The notes beneath the pieces were generated by a model. The model was not told the DNA's origin and searched no databases. It saw only the letters and a program-made list of their open reading frames with translations. A stretch of 64,000 bases of DNA, taken from contig LBUA01000001.1 of assembly GCA_000992345.1 (NCBI GenBank), positions 81,711-145,710 of the forward strand. The letters run 5' to 3'. This DNA is from Parcubacteria group bacterium GW2011_GWD2_38_12 (GTDB taxonomy: Bacteria > Patescibacteriota > Minisyncoccia > GWC2-36-17). A program made the translations under genes and the position numbers. This document shows, one piece after another, positions 28,720-38,856 of the stretch; position 1 is the first letter of the stretch; the number at the start of each line of letters is the position of its first letter.

Positions 28720-28875
28720 ATGGAACCAAAAGAACAATTTAAAGAATGGGAATGGAAATGTACCGAGTGCGATTATATTTATAGCGGCGAGGAGTCGCCA
28801 GAGCAGTGCCCTAAATGCCACGCTCCAAAAGAAGCATTTGTGTTGTTGGAGGAATTGGAAGAAGAAAGCAAATAA
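28720..28875 (+). CDS. Rubredoxin-like small protein, 51 aa
   Basis: WKCTECDYIY...PEQCPKCHAPKEAF; absent from the ORF track. Confidence 0.85.
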   Translation: MEPKEQFKEWEWKCTECDYIYSGEESPEQCPKCHAPKEAFVLLEELEEESK

Positions 28876-28876
28876 T

Positions 28877-30076
28877 ATGGCTAAGATAATTACTGACGAG
28901 AATAAAATAAAAAAAATATTAACTCGTGGCGTTGAGGATGTTATTGTTAAAGAGCACCTTGAAGCTCAATTAAAATCCGGTAAAGAGTTACGGATTAAAT
29001 TTGGCATTGATCCGACAACGCCAGATATTCATCTTGGCCACTCCATTCCGTTTCGCAAATTAAAACAATTTCAAGATCTTGGCCATAAGATTATTTTAAT
29101 TATTGGTGATTTTACGGCTATGATTGGCGATCCATCGGGTAGATCGGAGACTCGGAAACAATTGACTAAAAAAGAAATCAAGAATAATTTAAAAAATTAT
29201 CTTTCTCAAGCCGGGAAGATAATTAATATTAAAAAAACTGAAATTCATTATAACAGCAAGTGGTTCAGCAAGAATGCCGATTCTATTTTGGAACTTTCTC
29301 GCATTGGCAGTATCCAGCAAGTTTTGCATCGCGCCGATTTTCAAAAAAGAATCAGTGAAGGGAAAGATATTACTTTACTTGAAGTTTTTTACCCGCTTTT
29401 TCAGGGCTATGATTCTTTTAAAATAAAATCTGACATTGAAATCGGTGGGACAGACCAGAGATTTAATTTATTAATGGGGAGGCAAATCCAGAAGCATTAT
29501 AATATGCCGGAACAAGATATTATAACTTTGCCGCTTATTGAGGGTACAGATGGAATTCGTAAAATGAGCAAGAGTTATGGCAATTATATTGGCATTAACG
29601 AACAGCCGAATAATATGTTTGGTAAAATAATGTCCATTCCGGATAATTTAATAATAAAATATTTCTTGCTTTGCGCTGATTTGCCGGAAATAGATATTGA
29701 GGCGATAGGCAACAATATGAAATCTGGGAAATTAAATCCCCGTGATGCAAAATTAAATTTAGCTTTTGAGATCGTGAGAATTTATCATGGGGAGAAAAAA
29801 GCTCAGAAAGCGAAAGACGAATTTATAAGAGTATTTTCCAAAAAAGAATTACCCAAAAAGATAGATGAGTTAAAAATTCAGAAAGGAAGGATTGGTATCG
29901 TTGATTTACTTTTGAAATGCGGAGCGGTAAAAAGCAAGGGAGAAGCGAAAAGATTAATAGAACAAAAAGGAGTTAAACTAAATAATGAAGTTATTGGCAG
30001 TTGGGGCGCGGAAATCACGCTTGATGGAGGAGAAATATTGCAGATTGGCAAGAGAAAATTTATAAGAATTGGTTAA
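28877..30076 (+). CDS. tyrS: Tyrosine--tRNA ligase
   Basis: GIDPT..IHLGH, EIGGTDQ, KMSKS and C-terminal S4 domain; ATG 28877. Confidence 0.97.
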   Translation: MAKIITDENKIKKILTRGVEDVIVKEHLEAQLKSGKELRIKFGIDPTTPDIHLGHSIPFRKLKQFQDLGHKIILIIGDFTAMIGDPSGRSETRKQLTKKEIKNNLKNYLSQAGKIINIKKTEIHYNSKWFSKNADSILELSRIGSIQQVLHRADFQKRISEGKDITLLEVFYPLFQGYDSFKIKSDIEIGGTDQRFNLLMGRQIQKHYNMPEQDIITLPLIEGTDGIRKMSKSYGNYIGINEQPNNMFGKIMSIPDNLIIKYFLLCADLPEIDIEAIGNNMKSGKLNPRDAKLNLAFEIVRIYHGEKKAQKAKDEFIRVFSKKELPKKIDELKIQKGRIGIVDLLLKCGAVKSKGEAKRLIEQKGVKLNNEVIGSWGAEITLDGGEILQIGKRKFIRIG

Positions 30077-30115
30077 AATAAAAATCCTCTCACCGATTTT
30101 TTGGCGAGAGGAAAG

Positions 30116-30469
30116 TTATTTTTTATTTTTTTTATTTCTGTCAAGCAGAAAGTATATGCCAAACGATACTATTGCTCCCGAGAAAAGATATACCTGAAGT
30201 ATGACTAGTCCAGGAAATTTACTAAACATAGATATTTCTTTTCCTGCGAGCATTATTTCAGCTGTTCCGCCCATTATAAGAAAAAGCGAAATAAAAAGGT
30301 AACCCATTTTCAAACTGATTGGCGAGCCAATAGTTCTGGAGTGCAGAAAAGCATAGAGAGAAGCAGTCATTATTCCGGCGACAGATGCGTATTTAATTCC
30401 GCTTAGATCAAGTATCATAAATATTAACAAGAAGACCGTAAAAATCGCGTTCACTATCTTATTATTCAT
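30116..30469 (-). CDS. Hypothetical 4-TM membrane protein
   Basis: Hydrophobic 117-aa ORF with GGAGG SD and TTGACT-N17-TACCAT promoter. Confidence 0.75.
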   Translation of the reverse strand: MNNKIVNAIFTVFLLIFMILDLSGIKYASVAGIMTASLYAFLHSRTIGSPISLKMGYLFISLFLIMGGTAEIMLAGKEISMFSKFPGLVILQVYLFSGAIVSFGIYFLLDRNKKNKK

Positions 30470-30556
30470 TTTAATGCCTCCAGATTGGATTTGAAATGTA
30501 CGAGATTTATTTTATGGTAAGATAAATTATTATTTAAGTCAATGAGATTTAATGGG

Positions 30557-32509
30557 ATGACATCGCAAGAATTAAGAATAAAATTTCTGAAATTTTTCGA
30601 ATCAAAAGGACATACGATAATACCGTCTGCCTCTTTGGTGCCGCGTGAAGAAAATCAATCCGTGCTTTTTACGACAGCCGGCATGCATCCCTTGGTGCCA
30701 TATTTTTTTGGTAAAAATCATCTAGGCGGGAAAAGAATCGCAAATTCTCAAAAATGCATAAGAACGGCTGATATTGACGATGTTGGCGATAATCGCCATT
30801 TAACTTTTTTTGAAATGATGGGCAACTGGAGCTTTGGTGATTATTTTAAAAAAGAAGCAATTGAATGGAGTTTCGAATTTTTAACCGGTAAAGAATGGCT
30901 TAATATGGATCCGAAAAGAATTTATGTGACAGTTTTTAGAGGTGAAGATGGAATACCTTGCGATGATGAGGCGATTGAGATTTGGAAAAACGTTTTTTCA
31001 AAAATTGGCATGAATATTAGAGTGGCTGGCAAAGATGAGATCATGAAAAATGATATTCGCATAATCCCGCTCGGGGTAGATGATAATTTTTGGATCGCCG
31101 GAGAAACCGGGCCTTGCGGACCGGATACAGAGATATTTTATGATACAAGACCGGAAGAAGGCATACTGGAAGGCAATTTTTCCGACTTTGTAAAGAATTT
31201 CCGATTGATAGAAATTTGGAATAATGTTTTTATGGAATACGAGAAAAAATTAAAAATTAAAAACGCAAAACTAAAAATAGAAGAAGCAAAAGAATACGAA
31301 TATATAAAACTAAAGCAACGGAATGTAGATACGGGAATGGGACTGGAAAGAACAGTCGCGGTGCTTAATGGCAAGGAAACTGTTTTTGAAACGGATATTT
31401 TTGAGCCTATTTTTGACGCGATTTCGAAAGTTTGCGGTAAAAAATACAACGAAAATCCGGAAATAAAAAAAGCATTTAGAATTATCGCCGACCATATAAA
31501 AGCCAGCGCTTTTATTATTTGTGATGGTGTTATGCCCTCAAATATCGGTAGGGGATATGTTTTGCGCAGACTAATACGCAGAGCTGTCAGATATTCAAGA
31601 ACTTTAGAGCTAGAATTAAATTTCAAACTAATTATTGATGCAATAATTGATATATATAAAGTTCAATATCCTGAACTTGATTTGAAATCACCGGAAATAA
31701 TAAAAGCTATTCGGCAGGAGGTGGATAAATTCAATAAGACACTTGAAAGAGGGCTTAAAGAATTTGAAAGGACGGTTTCCGCCGTGTTTGGCGACACTAC
31801 AATGAGAGAAGAGAAAGATGCGCGAGAAATGGCATATGATGCGCTTAAAAAAATATCCGGAAAAATAGCTTTTGACTTATATCAAACTTATGGTTTCCCG
31901 ATTGAGATGATAAAAGAATTGGCGCGGGAGTATGGTCTGGCTGTTGATGAAATAGAGTTTAATATTGAGCTGGAAAAACATCAAGAAGTGTCTCGTAAGG
32001 GGGCAGAAGTAAAATTTGGCGGGCATGGTATGGAAGTTGAAAGTTTAAAGTCAAAAGTTGAAAATTTTGAGGAGATTGAAAAGAAAAAAAAGTTGCATAC
32101 TGCGACGCATTTGTTGCATCAGGCCCTACGTATAATACTGGGCGTGACAGTTGGACAAATGGGGTCGGACATAAATTCTGAAAGATTGAGATTCGATTTT
32201 ACTTTTGACCGAAAAATGACACCGGAGGAAATAAAACTTGTGGAGGAGTTGATAAATGAACAAATCAGAAAAAATCTCAATGTAAAATATGAGGAAATGC
32301 TTTTTGAAAAAGCGGTTCATCTGGGGGCTTTAGCATTTTTTAAAGAAAAATATCCGGACAGAGTGAAGGTTTATAGTGTGGGGGGATTTTCAAAAGAGGT
32401 GTGTGGCGGACCCCACGTAGAAAATACATCCGAGATGGGGGAATTTAAAATACAAAAGGAGGAATCTTCTTCTGCGGGCGTGCGTCGGATAAAAGCAATC
32501 CTAAGATAG
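30557..32509 (+). CDS. alaS: Alanine--tRNA ligase (short form without C-Ala domain)
   Basis: LFTTAGM, HLTFFEM, DTGMGLER, HTATH and CGGPH. Confidence 0.96.
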   Translation: MTSQELRIKFLKFFESKGHTIIPSASLVPREENQSVLFTTAGMHPLVPYFFGKNHLGGKRIANSQKCIRTADIDDVGDNRHLTFFEMMGNWSFGDYFKKEAIEWSFEFLTGKEWLNMDPKRIYVTVFRGEDGIPCDDEAIEIWKNVFSKIGMNIRVAGKDEIMKNDIRIIPLGVDDNFWIAGETGPCGPDTEIFYDTRPEEGILEGNFSDFVKNFRLIEIWNNVFMEYEKKLKIKNAKLKIEEAKEYEYIKLKQRNVDTGMGLERTVAVLNGKETVFETDIFEPIFDAISKVCGKKYNENPEIKKAFRIIADHIKASAFIICDGVMPSNIGRGYVLRRLIRRAVRYSRTLELELNFKLIIDAIIDIYKVQYPELDLKSPEIIKAIRQEVDKFNKTLERGLKEFERTVSAVFGDTTMREEKDAREMAYDALKKISGKIAFDLYQTYGFPIEMIKELAREYGLAVDEIEFNIELEKHQEVSRKGAEVKFGGHGMEVESLKSKVENFEEIEKKKKLHTATHLLHQALRIILGVTVGQMGSDINSERLRFDFTFDRKMTPEEIKLVEELINEQIRKNLNVKYEEMLFEKAVHLGALAFFKEKYPDRVKVYSVGGFSKEVCGGPHVENTSEMGEFKIQKEESSSAGVRRIKAILR

Positions 32510-32618
32510 GTAAGACTCGTAAAAATGTGGTATAATTATTTCAAAATCAGAGTTTAACATTTGATAATTTCGAATTTTGTATTGGTATTCTTAATTTCGA
32601 TATTTACATTCTAAAAAA

Positions 32619-34265
32619 ATGGAATATTTTTCAAAAATTTTACATATTGATTTAGAAGAAAGCGCGCAGTCTGTCATTGAGAGGTTCAATATTCTTGATG
32701 ATCATAATATTATTTTTGCTATTCCGATGGGAGCGCAAATCTTTCACAACCTTTCTGAATTGAAACTGTTAAAACAAGATATTGATAAATCCGGGAAGAA
32801 TGTAGTTTTGGTAAGCCAAGATGAGGTTGGCCTTGAATTGGCTCGCGATATTGGTTTCAAGGTTGAGAAGGAGTTTTTAGAATTATTGTCGCCGACCGAA
32901 GATACTCACAGATATTCCGCGGATACCCACAAACATCCAAAAGTTTTGGATATAATTTATCGTCAACCGGAACATAAAACGGCAGTTCAAGGAAAAACGC
33001 CTGGATTGCAAACAGAAAAACCCATTGTCAAAAGAGACCTAAGAGAGTCCGTAATTGACGAAAAAGAGGGGACTGGATTTTGGGGGGAAGAAAAACCTCA
33101 TAAATCTACGGGAAGAATCTTTACAACAACCAACGTAATAATCTTTTTTATCATTGCATCCGTTATTGTGGCAACTATATCCGCAATAATTGTTCTCCCG
33201 AAAACGACAATCACTGTTTTACCCAAGAAAGAAACGGTTGTTGTGGATATACCGATTACTGCCGATATTTCAATGTCAGAAATAGATACCATTAAAAATA
33301 AAATACCCGGACAAATAGTTAAGGTGGAAAAAGAAAAAACCGCGCAATTTAAAGCAACGGGGAGAACGGGTTCTGAAAGTAAGGCGAGGGGAACTATCGT
33401 TATATATAATGTTTATACACCGCCGCAAAGTCCGACGTGGATTGGAGGCACAAGATTTGAAACATCCGATGGCAAAATATTTAAGACTATTCAAAAAATC
33501 ACCGTTCCTCCTGCTAAAATAGAAAATGAAAAAGTCGTGCCAGGGACGATAGAGGTTGAAGTTGTCGCTGATATTGCCGGTTCCGATTACAATATATTGC
33601 CGAGTGAATTTACTATGCCGGCTTTTAAGGGAACTTCAAAATTCAATGTATTTTATGGAAAATCAACATTGGCGATGCGGGGAGGATCAAAAGGCGAGGG
33701 AATAGTCATAGTTTTAGATGACATAGAAAATGCCAAAAAAGAAATAGAGGGTGAATTATTGGAGGCAGCTAAAAATGAATTAAAAGAAAATCTACCAAAA
33801 GACTTGGAATTTATGGAAAATGCGATTGCTGTTAAAATTTTAGAAGAAAAAATTTCCGACCAAGCGGGGACAGTTATTGAAAATTTTTCCGTTTCATTAA
33901 AAGTTTCAGCTATGGCATTTTTGTTTAAAGAGGATGATATGAAATCTCTTGTTGCGAAGAATATAGAAACAAAAATAATGCGAAATGAAATAGTATTTAA
34001 GGATATACGCAAAAGATATAGTAATGTGGATATTGATTTTTCTGCCGGAATAATGACTTTTAATGCGAATATAGAACAAGATATCGCAGCTTCTTTTAAT
34101 GAGGAGGATTTAAAGACGGCATTTGCCGGAAAAAATGAATCAGAAATAAGAGATTACGTTTTGAGTCAGGATTTAATGGACGGTGCTCAGGTTAACTTCA
34201 GTCCATTTTGGGTAAAAAAAGCTCCCAGCAATAAAAACAAGATAAATATTATCATAGAGAAGTAG
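32619..34265 (+). CDS. CPR-type membrane-anchored protein with baseplate-J-like C-terminal region
   Basis: Small N-domain, linker, single TM, ARGTIVIYN and V.ADIAGSDYNI motifs. Confidence 0.6.
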   Translation: MEYFSKILHIDLEESAQSVIERFNILDDHNIIFAIPMGAQIFHNLSELKLLKQDIDKSGKNVVLVSQDEVGLELARDIGFKVEKEFLELLSPTEDTHRYSADTHKHPKVLDIIYRQPEHKTAVQGKTPGLQTEKPIVKRDLRESVIDEKEGTGFWGEEKPHKSTGRIFTTTNVIIFFIIASVIVATISAIIVLPKTTITVLPKKETVVVDIPITADISMSEIDTIKNKIPGQIVKVEKEKTAQFKATGRTGSESKARGTIVIYNVYTPPQSPTWIGGTRFETSDGKIFKTIQKITVPPAKIENEKVVPGTIEVEVVADIAGSDYNILPSEFTMPAFKGTSKFNVFYGKSTLAMRGGSKGEGIVIVLDDIENAKKEIEGELLEAAKNELKENLPKDLEFMENAIAVKILEEKISDQAGTVIENFSVSLKVSAMAFLFKEDDMKSLVAKNIETKIMRNEIVFKDIRKRYSNVDIDFSAGIMTFNANIEQDIAASFNEEDLKTAFAGKNESEIRDYVLSQDLMDGAQVNFSPFWVKKAPSNKNKINIIIEK

Positions 34266-34353
34266 CTCTGAGCTATTAGGTATTGACTCATGGTGAATAA
34301 TTTGTTAATTTATATTTAAAATAAATCCCCAAATTTGGGGAATTATATTTTTT

Positions 34354-34608
34354 ATGACTCAAGAAAATCAAAATAATCAGGATGTTGTAGTCAATAAAAG
34401 CGAAGAATATGAGGTTGATGGAATAGTGGAGGAAGCTTTGCCATCGGCAACCTTTAGAGTAAAGTTGAATAATGATTCTGTGATTTTGGCGCATCTTTCC
34501 GGTAAAATGAGATTGCATTATATAAGGGTTCTGCCGGGAGATAAAGTGGTAGTTAAGATGAGCCCTTATGATAAAACCAAAGGACGTATTATTAAAAGAT
34601 TAAAGTAG
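34354..34608 (+). CDS. infA: Translation initiation factor IF-1
   Basis: [19 protein letters not shown]. Confidence 0.97.
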   Translation: MTQENQNNQDVVVNKSEEYEVDGIVEEALPSATFRVKLNNDSVILAHLSGKMRLHYIRVLPGDKVVVKMSPYDKTKGRIIKRLK

Positions 34609-34663
34609 GGGATTCGTTGTTAAACCCCGCTTCACGGGGCGCAAAAGGCGCATTTAACAGGGT

Positions 34664-34730
34664 ACTCGATTTTGAAACTAAATTTTGCGCACTCCGCAAA
34701 GCTCCGTTTTAAAATTTCGAAAAAATCGGT
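34664..34730 (+). repeat. Dispersed ~55-65 bp 5'-UTR element, copy 1 (before rpmJ)
   Basis: Similar to the reverse complement of 40273-40338. Confidence 0.7.
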
Positions 34731-34847
34731 ATGAGGGTTCGAGCTTCCGTTAAAAAAAGGTGTGTAAATTGCAAGATTGTGCGCAGGCAGGGTCGTATTT
34801 TTGTTATCTGCTCAAAAAATCCGAAACATAAACAAAGACAAGGTTAG
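34731..34847 (+). CDS. rpmJ: 50S ribosomal protein L36
   Basis: [38 protein letters not shown]. Confidence 0.97.
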   Translation: MRVRASVKKRCVNCKIVRRQGRIFVICSKNPKHKQRQG

Positions 34848-34928
34848 AGCAACAAATGACAACTGACAAATGACAACTGACAAAAACATGTCAAGAGTCC
34901 TCTGTTAAATGTCATATGTTATTAAAAA

Positions 34929-35315
34929 TTGATTCGTATCGCAGGAGTTACAATTCCAGAGAATAAAAGAATAGAAGCGGCTTTGCCGTACATTTATGGC
35001 ATTGGCCAATCTTTGGCTGTTAAAATTTTAAATGAAGCAAAAATAGATCCGAATTCAAGAGCCAATAAATTAACACAAGAAGAAATAGGAAGATTAAGAG
35101 ATATTGTAGAGAAGAAATATCGGGTGGAAGGCGATTTAAAAAGAGAGATAATAATGAACATTAAAAGATTGAAAGACATTAGTTCATATCGCGGAATCCG
35201 TCATATGAAGGGTTTACCAGCCAGAGGACAAAGAACGAAAACTAATTCGCGCACCAGAAGAGGCAACCAGAGAAAAACTGTCGGTTCCGGTCGCAAGGCG
35301 GCAGAGAAGAAATAG
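34929..35315 (+). CDS. rpsM: 30S ribosomal protein S13
   Basis: RIAGV and RGQRTKTNSRTR; TTG start. Confidence 0.97.
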   Translation: MIRIAGVTIPENKRIEAALPYIYGIGQSLAVKILNEAKIDPNSRANKLTQEEIGRLRDIVEKKYRVEGDLKREIIMNIKRLKDISSYRGIRHMKGLPARGQRTKTNSRTRRGNQRKTVGSGRKAAEKK

Positions 35316-35343
35316 ATAATAAAATAAATAATAAAATCGGAGA

Positions 35344-35793
35344 ATGGTCACAAAAAAAATTACAAATAAATCAGAGGCGTCACCAGAGGAGATTAAGCCT
35401 AAAAAAGAAACTGGATCAGAAACTTCCAGTAGTATTGCGATAAAAAAAATTGTTCATGGACAAGCGCATATTAGCGCTTCTTATAATAATACTCTTTTAT
35501 CGATTACCGATGATAATGGCAATATGGTCGCATGGTCTTCGGCTGGATCACTTGGATTTAAGGGAGCTAAAAAAGCAACTCCTTATGCTGCTACAAAGAT
35601 TGTAGAAACCATTATGGAGAAAATCAAGAAAATGGGGATTTCTGATGTTTCCGTGTTTGTAAGGGGGGTTGGTGGTGGCAGAGAAGCCGCTATTCGCGCT
35701 CTCGCCAATAAAGGCATGAATATAATATCAATCAAAGATGTTACGCCTCTTCCCCATAACGGATGTAAGCCGAAAAAAGTCAGGAGAATTTAA
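35344..35793 (+). CDS. rpsK: 30S ribosomal protein S11
   Basis: WSSAG..GFKG.KKATPYAA and DVTPLPHNGC. Confidence 0.97.
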   Translation: MVTKKITNKSEASPEEIKPKKETGSETSSSIAIKKIVHGQAHISASYNNTLLSITDDNGNMVAWSSAGSLGFKGAKKATPYAATKIVETIMEKIKKMGISDVSVFVRGVGGGREAAIRALANKGMNIISIKDVTPLPHNGCKPKKVRRI

Positions 35794-35811
35794 AATATAT
35801 ATTATAATCGC

Positions 35812-36429
35812 ATGAAAATTGATCAAAAATGTAAAATTTGCAGAAGAGCCGGTGAGAAATTATTTCTTAAAGGCGATCGTTGTTTTTCTCAAAAATGCGC
35901 GATGGTTCGCAATGCAACAAAGCCCGGAGTTCACGGAAAATCGAGATCTAATCTCTCTGAATTTGGCATACAATTAAGGGAAAAACAAAAGGCGAGATTC
36001 GCTTATAATTTATCGGAAAAGCAATTTAAAAATTATGTGACGAAGATTTCTCAAAAAAGAGGAACTGGCGATGCTTTAATATCAAAATTAGAAAGAAGGC
36101 TGGATAATGTTGTTTATAGATTGGGATTCGCCAGATCAAGAAGTATTGCCAATCAAGCGGTCGGACACGGTCATTTTTATATAAATGGAAGGAAGATGGA
36201 TATACCATCTTATGAGGCAAGGATAGGCGATGTCATTGAAATCAGGCCTAATTCCAAGAATTCCGCCGCTTTCAAAGATTTAAAAGAAACATTGAAAAAA
36301 TACAACCCTCCATCATGGTTGAGCTTGGATAAAGAAAATTTAAAAGGGGAAATGAAATCATTACCTGCGAAAGAAGATTTAGCAGTGCCGTTTAATTTAA
36401 ATTTAATCATAGAGTATTACTCAAGATAA
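35812..36429 (+). CDS. rpsD: 30S ribosomal protein S4
   Basis: QLREKQK, LERRLDNVVYRLG and EYYSR. Confidence 0.97.
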   Translation: MKIDQKCKICRRAGEKLFLKGDRCFSQKCAMVRNATKPGVHGKSRSNLSEFGIQLREKQKARFAYNLSEKQFKNYVTKISQKRGTGDALISKLERRLDNVVYRLGFARSRSIANQAVGHGHFYINGRKMDIPSYEARIGDVIEIRPNSKNSAAFKDLKETLKKYNPPSWLSLDKENLKGEMKSLPAKEDLAVPFNLNLIIEYYSR

Positions 36430-36520
36430 TAAAATCAATAATCAACAATTAATAGCTAACAATTAACTAAAGGCATCATAGCGAACAAGTTAAATGTTAA
36501 ATATTAAATGTTAATAAAGT

Positions 36521-37468
36521 ATGGAGATTACTCTCCCGTCAAAGTATAAAATTATTAAGTCAGAGGGGAATTCAGCGGTTTTTGAAATAGAAAATCTTTA
36601 CCCCGGATATGGCATTACCATCGGCAACGCTTTGCGTCGTGTGCTTTTATCGTCTCTTAAGGGCGCCTCTGTTACATTAGTTAAAATAAAGGGCGCAAGC
36701 CATGAATTCTCGACAATCCCCAATATCATAGAAGATGTCGTTGAAATTATTTTGAATTTAAAGCAAGTTCGTTTTAAATTGGATGGTGATCAACCTCAAT
36801 ATGCGACATTGAAAGTTAAGGGCGAGAGAAAGGTTACCGCTAAAGATATTGACGCCCCAAGCCAAGTAACGGTTATAAATAAAGATACTCACATTGCCAC
36901 TTTAACAGATAAAAAAGCTGAGCTTGAAATTGAGTTGACCATTGAAAAGGGTCTTGGTTATGTTCCTGTAGAACGAAGAGGGAAAGAGAAATTGGAAATC
37001 GGAGCAATTGCCATAGATGCCATTTATACTCCTATAAGAAAAGTTAATTACGAAGTGGAAAATATGCGCGTAGGGGACAGAACCGATTTTAATCGCATCA
37101 AATTATTAGTGGAAACAGATGGCAGTATATCTCCGGAAGAATCTTTCCGGAAAGCTATAAATATTTTAATTGATCAATTCAATTCTCTTATTCAGGGCGC
37201 AGAGGTTTCCAACGGGAAATCATCAAAAGAAATTATTGAAGTGGAATCAAAGGAATCAATAGAAGATATTACAAAGATGAAAATAGAAGATTTAAATCTT
37301 TCAACAAGGACAATAAATACCCTTACTGCTGGAGGCGTAAAAACTGTCGGCGGTTTAATCAAGAAGACGGAATCTGGATTAAGAGAAATAGATGGTATGG
37401 GAGATGCAGGAGTTAAAGAAATCAAAAAATCATTAATGAAATTAGGACTTTCATTTAGGGAAGAATAA
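36521..37468 (+). CDS. rpoA: RNA polymerase subunit alpha
   Basis: GYGITIGNALRRVLLSS and HEFSTI. Confidence 0.97.
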   Translation: MEITLPSKYKIIKSEGNSAVFEIENLYPGYGITIGNALRRVLLSSLKGASVTLVKIKGASHEFSTIPNIIEDVVEIILNLKQVRFKLDGDQPQYATLKVKGERKVTAKDIDAPSQVTVINKDTHIATLTDKKAELEIELTIEKGLGYVPVERRGKEKLEIGAIAIDAIYTPIRKVNYEVENMRVGDRTDFNRIKLLVETDGSISPEESFRKAINILIDQFNSLIQGAEVSNGKSSKEIIEVESKESIEDITKMKIEDLNLSTRTINTLTAGGVKTVGGLIKKTESGLREIDGMGDAGVKEIKKSLMKLGLSFREE

Positions 37469-37523
37469 AATAACGATTGACAATTGACGAGATTAAGTCA
37501 AATGTCGAATATCTGCGAAGCGC

Positions 37524-37874
37524 ATGAAACATTTAAAAAACAATAGAAAATTTGGCAGGCCGGCAAGTCAAAGAAAAGCATTAAAAAAGGGCGTGATTTC
37601 GTCATTGTTTTTATACGGAAAAATAGAAACGACCTTGGCAAAAGCGAAAGAATTCGCTCCGGAAGCGGAAAAAATCATTACTAAAGCAAAAAATAATAGT
37701 TTACACTCACGTCGGATTTTATTAAAATTATTAAATCCAAATATAGTTGATAAGTTAATTCATGAGATCGCTCCAAATTATAAAAACAGAAATGGCGGAT
37801 ACACGCGCATAATCAAACTTGGCGCTAGAAAATCCGATTCCGCGAAAATGGCTTTGCTTGAACTTGTAAAATAA
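37524..37874 (+). CDS. rplQ: 50S ribosomal protein L17
   Basis: IETTLAKAKE and RNGGYTRIIK. Confidence 0.97.
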   Translation: MKHLKNNRKFGRPASQRKALKKGVISSLFLYGKIETTLAKAKEFAPEAEKIITKAKNNSLHSRRILLKLLNPNIVDKLIHEIAPNYKNRNGGYTRIIKLGARKSDSAKMALLELVK

Positions 37875-37887
37875 ATTTAAAATTATT

Positions 37888-38271
37888 ATGAAATCAATAG
37901 AACGAAAAAAACATACAATCGACGCAAAAGACCAGGTTTTGGGTCGTCTTGCGACACGAATTGCCACGTTGCTTCGCGGTAAGCACAAGGTCATTTTTAG
38001 CTATCAATCGGATAATGGTGATTTCGTTGAGGTTGTTAACGCTGATAAAATAGTGGTGACCGGAAAAAAAATGCAACAAAAAACTTATTATAGACATAGC
38101 GGGTGGATAGGTAATTTAAAAAAAGAACAAATGGATAAATTATTTGCAAAAAATCCTGCAAAAATATTGGAATTGGCAGTTTCCAGGATGCTTCCTAAAA
38201 ATAAACTAAGGGCCAAGATGTTATCGCGACTTTCTGTTACCAAAATAAATGCCGATGAAAATAAACAATAA
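37888..38271 (+). CDS. rplM: 50S ribosomal protein L13
   Basis: LGRLAT.IA..LRGKHK and MLPKNKL. Confidence 0.96.
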   Translation: MKSIERKKHTIDAKDQVLGRLATRIATLLRGKHKVIFSYQSDNGDFVEVVNADKIVVTGKKMQQKTYYRHSGWIGNLKKEQMDKLFAKNPAKILELAVSRMLPKNKLRAKMLSRLSVTKINADENKQ

Positions 38272-38284
38272 ATAAAATATTAAA

Positions 38285-38773
38285 ATGACAAAAACTCACA
38301 CAATAGAAAAAAAGGACGTCCCAAATGAAGAGAGTAAGGATAGTGTAAAACTAGAAAAATCCCCAAAAGAAAAAAATTCCAAAGGAGACAGGTATTATGA
38401 AGCTATTGGCAGAAGAAAAACATCCTCAGCTCGCATTAGATTATTTACAAAGGGGCAAGGTATTATTGTAAATGACAAAGATTACAAGGAATATTTCCCT
38501 ACTGATATTTTGCAAAGAATAGCCGAAGCATCTCTAAAAAAGATGAAAAGTTTGGATAGATTCAAAATAAGCGTTAAAGTTTCAGGCGGAGGATTAAAGT
38601 CTCAAGCAGAAGCTATCCGTCATGGAACAGCAAGAGTGCTTGTGATATTTAATGCTGATTTTAAAAAAAGATTACGAAGAGCGGGATATTTAACGAGAGA
38701 TCCGCGGATGAAAGAAAGAAAGAAATACGGCCTTAAAAAAGCAAGGAAATCTCCACGTTGGTCAAAGCGTTAG
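38285..38773 (+). CDS. rpsI: 30S ribosomal protein S9
   Basis: GRRK and LTRDPR.KERKKYGLKKARK...WSKR. Confidence 0.97.
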   Translation: MTKTHTIEKKDVPNEESKDSVKLEKSPKEKNSKGDRYYEAIGRRKTSSARIRLFTKGQGIIVNDKDYKEYFPTDILQRIAEASLKKMKSLDRFKISVKVSGGGLKSQAEAIRHGTARVLVIFNADFKKRLRRAGYLTRDPRMKERKKYGLKKARKSPRWSKR

Positions 38774-38779
38774 TTATAA

Positions 38780-38820
38780 ATAAAAATCCCCGTCCGTTTT
38801 AAACGGACGGGGATTTTTAT
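38780..38820. terminator. Bidirectional terminator
   Basis: ATAAAAATCCCCGTCCGTTT/AAACGGACGGGGATTTTTAT. Confidence 0.85.
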
Positions 38821-38856
38821 GATTTTGACACCCATGGTTTTATAGCACTGTTAATT

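Noticed and set aside
32619-34265. Prophage
   Set aside because: No capsid, terminase, tail or phage integrase context; flanked by alaS and infA.
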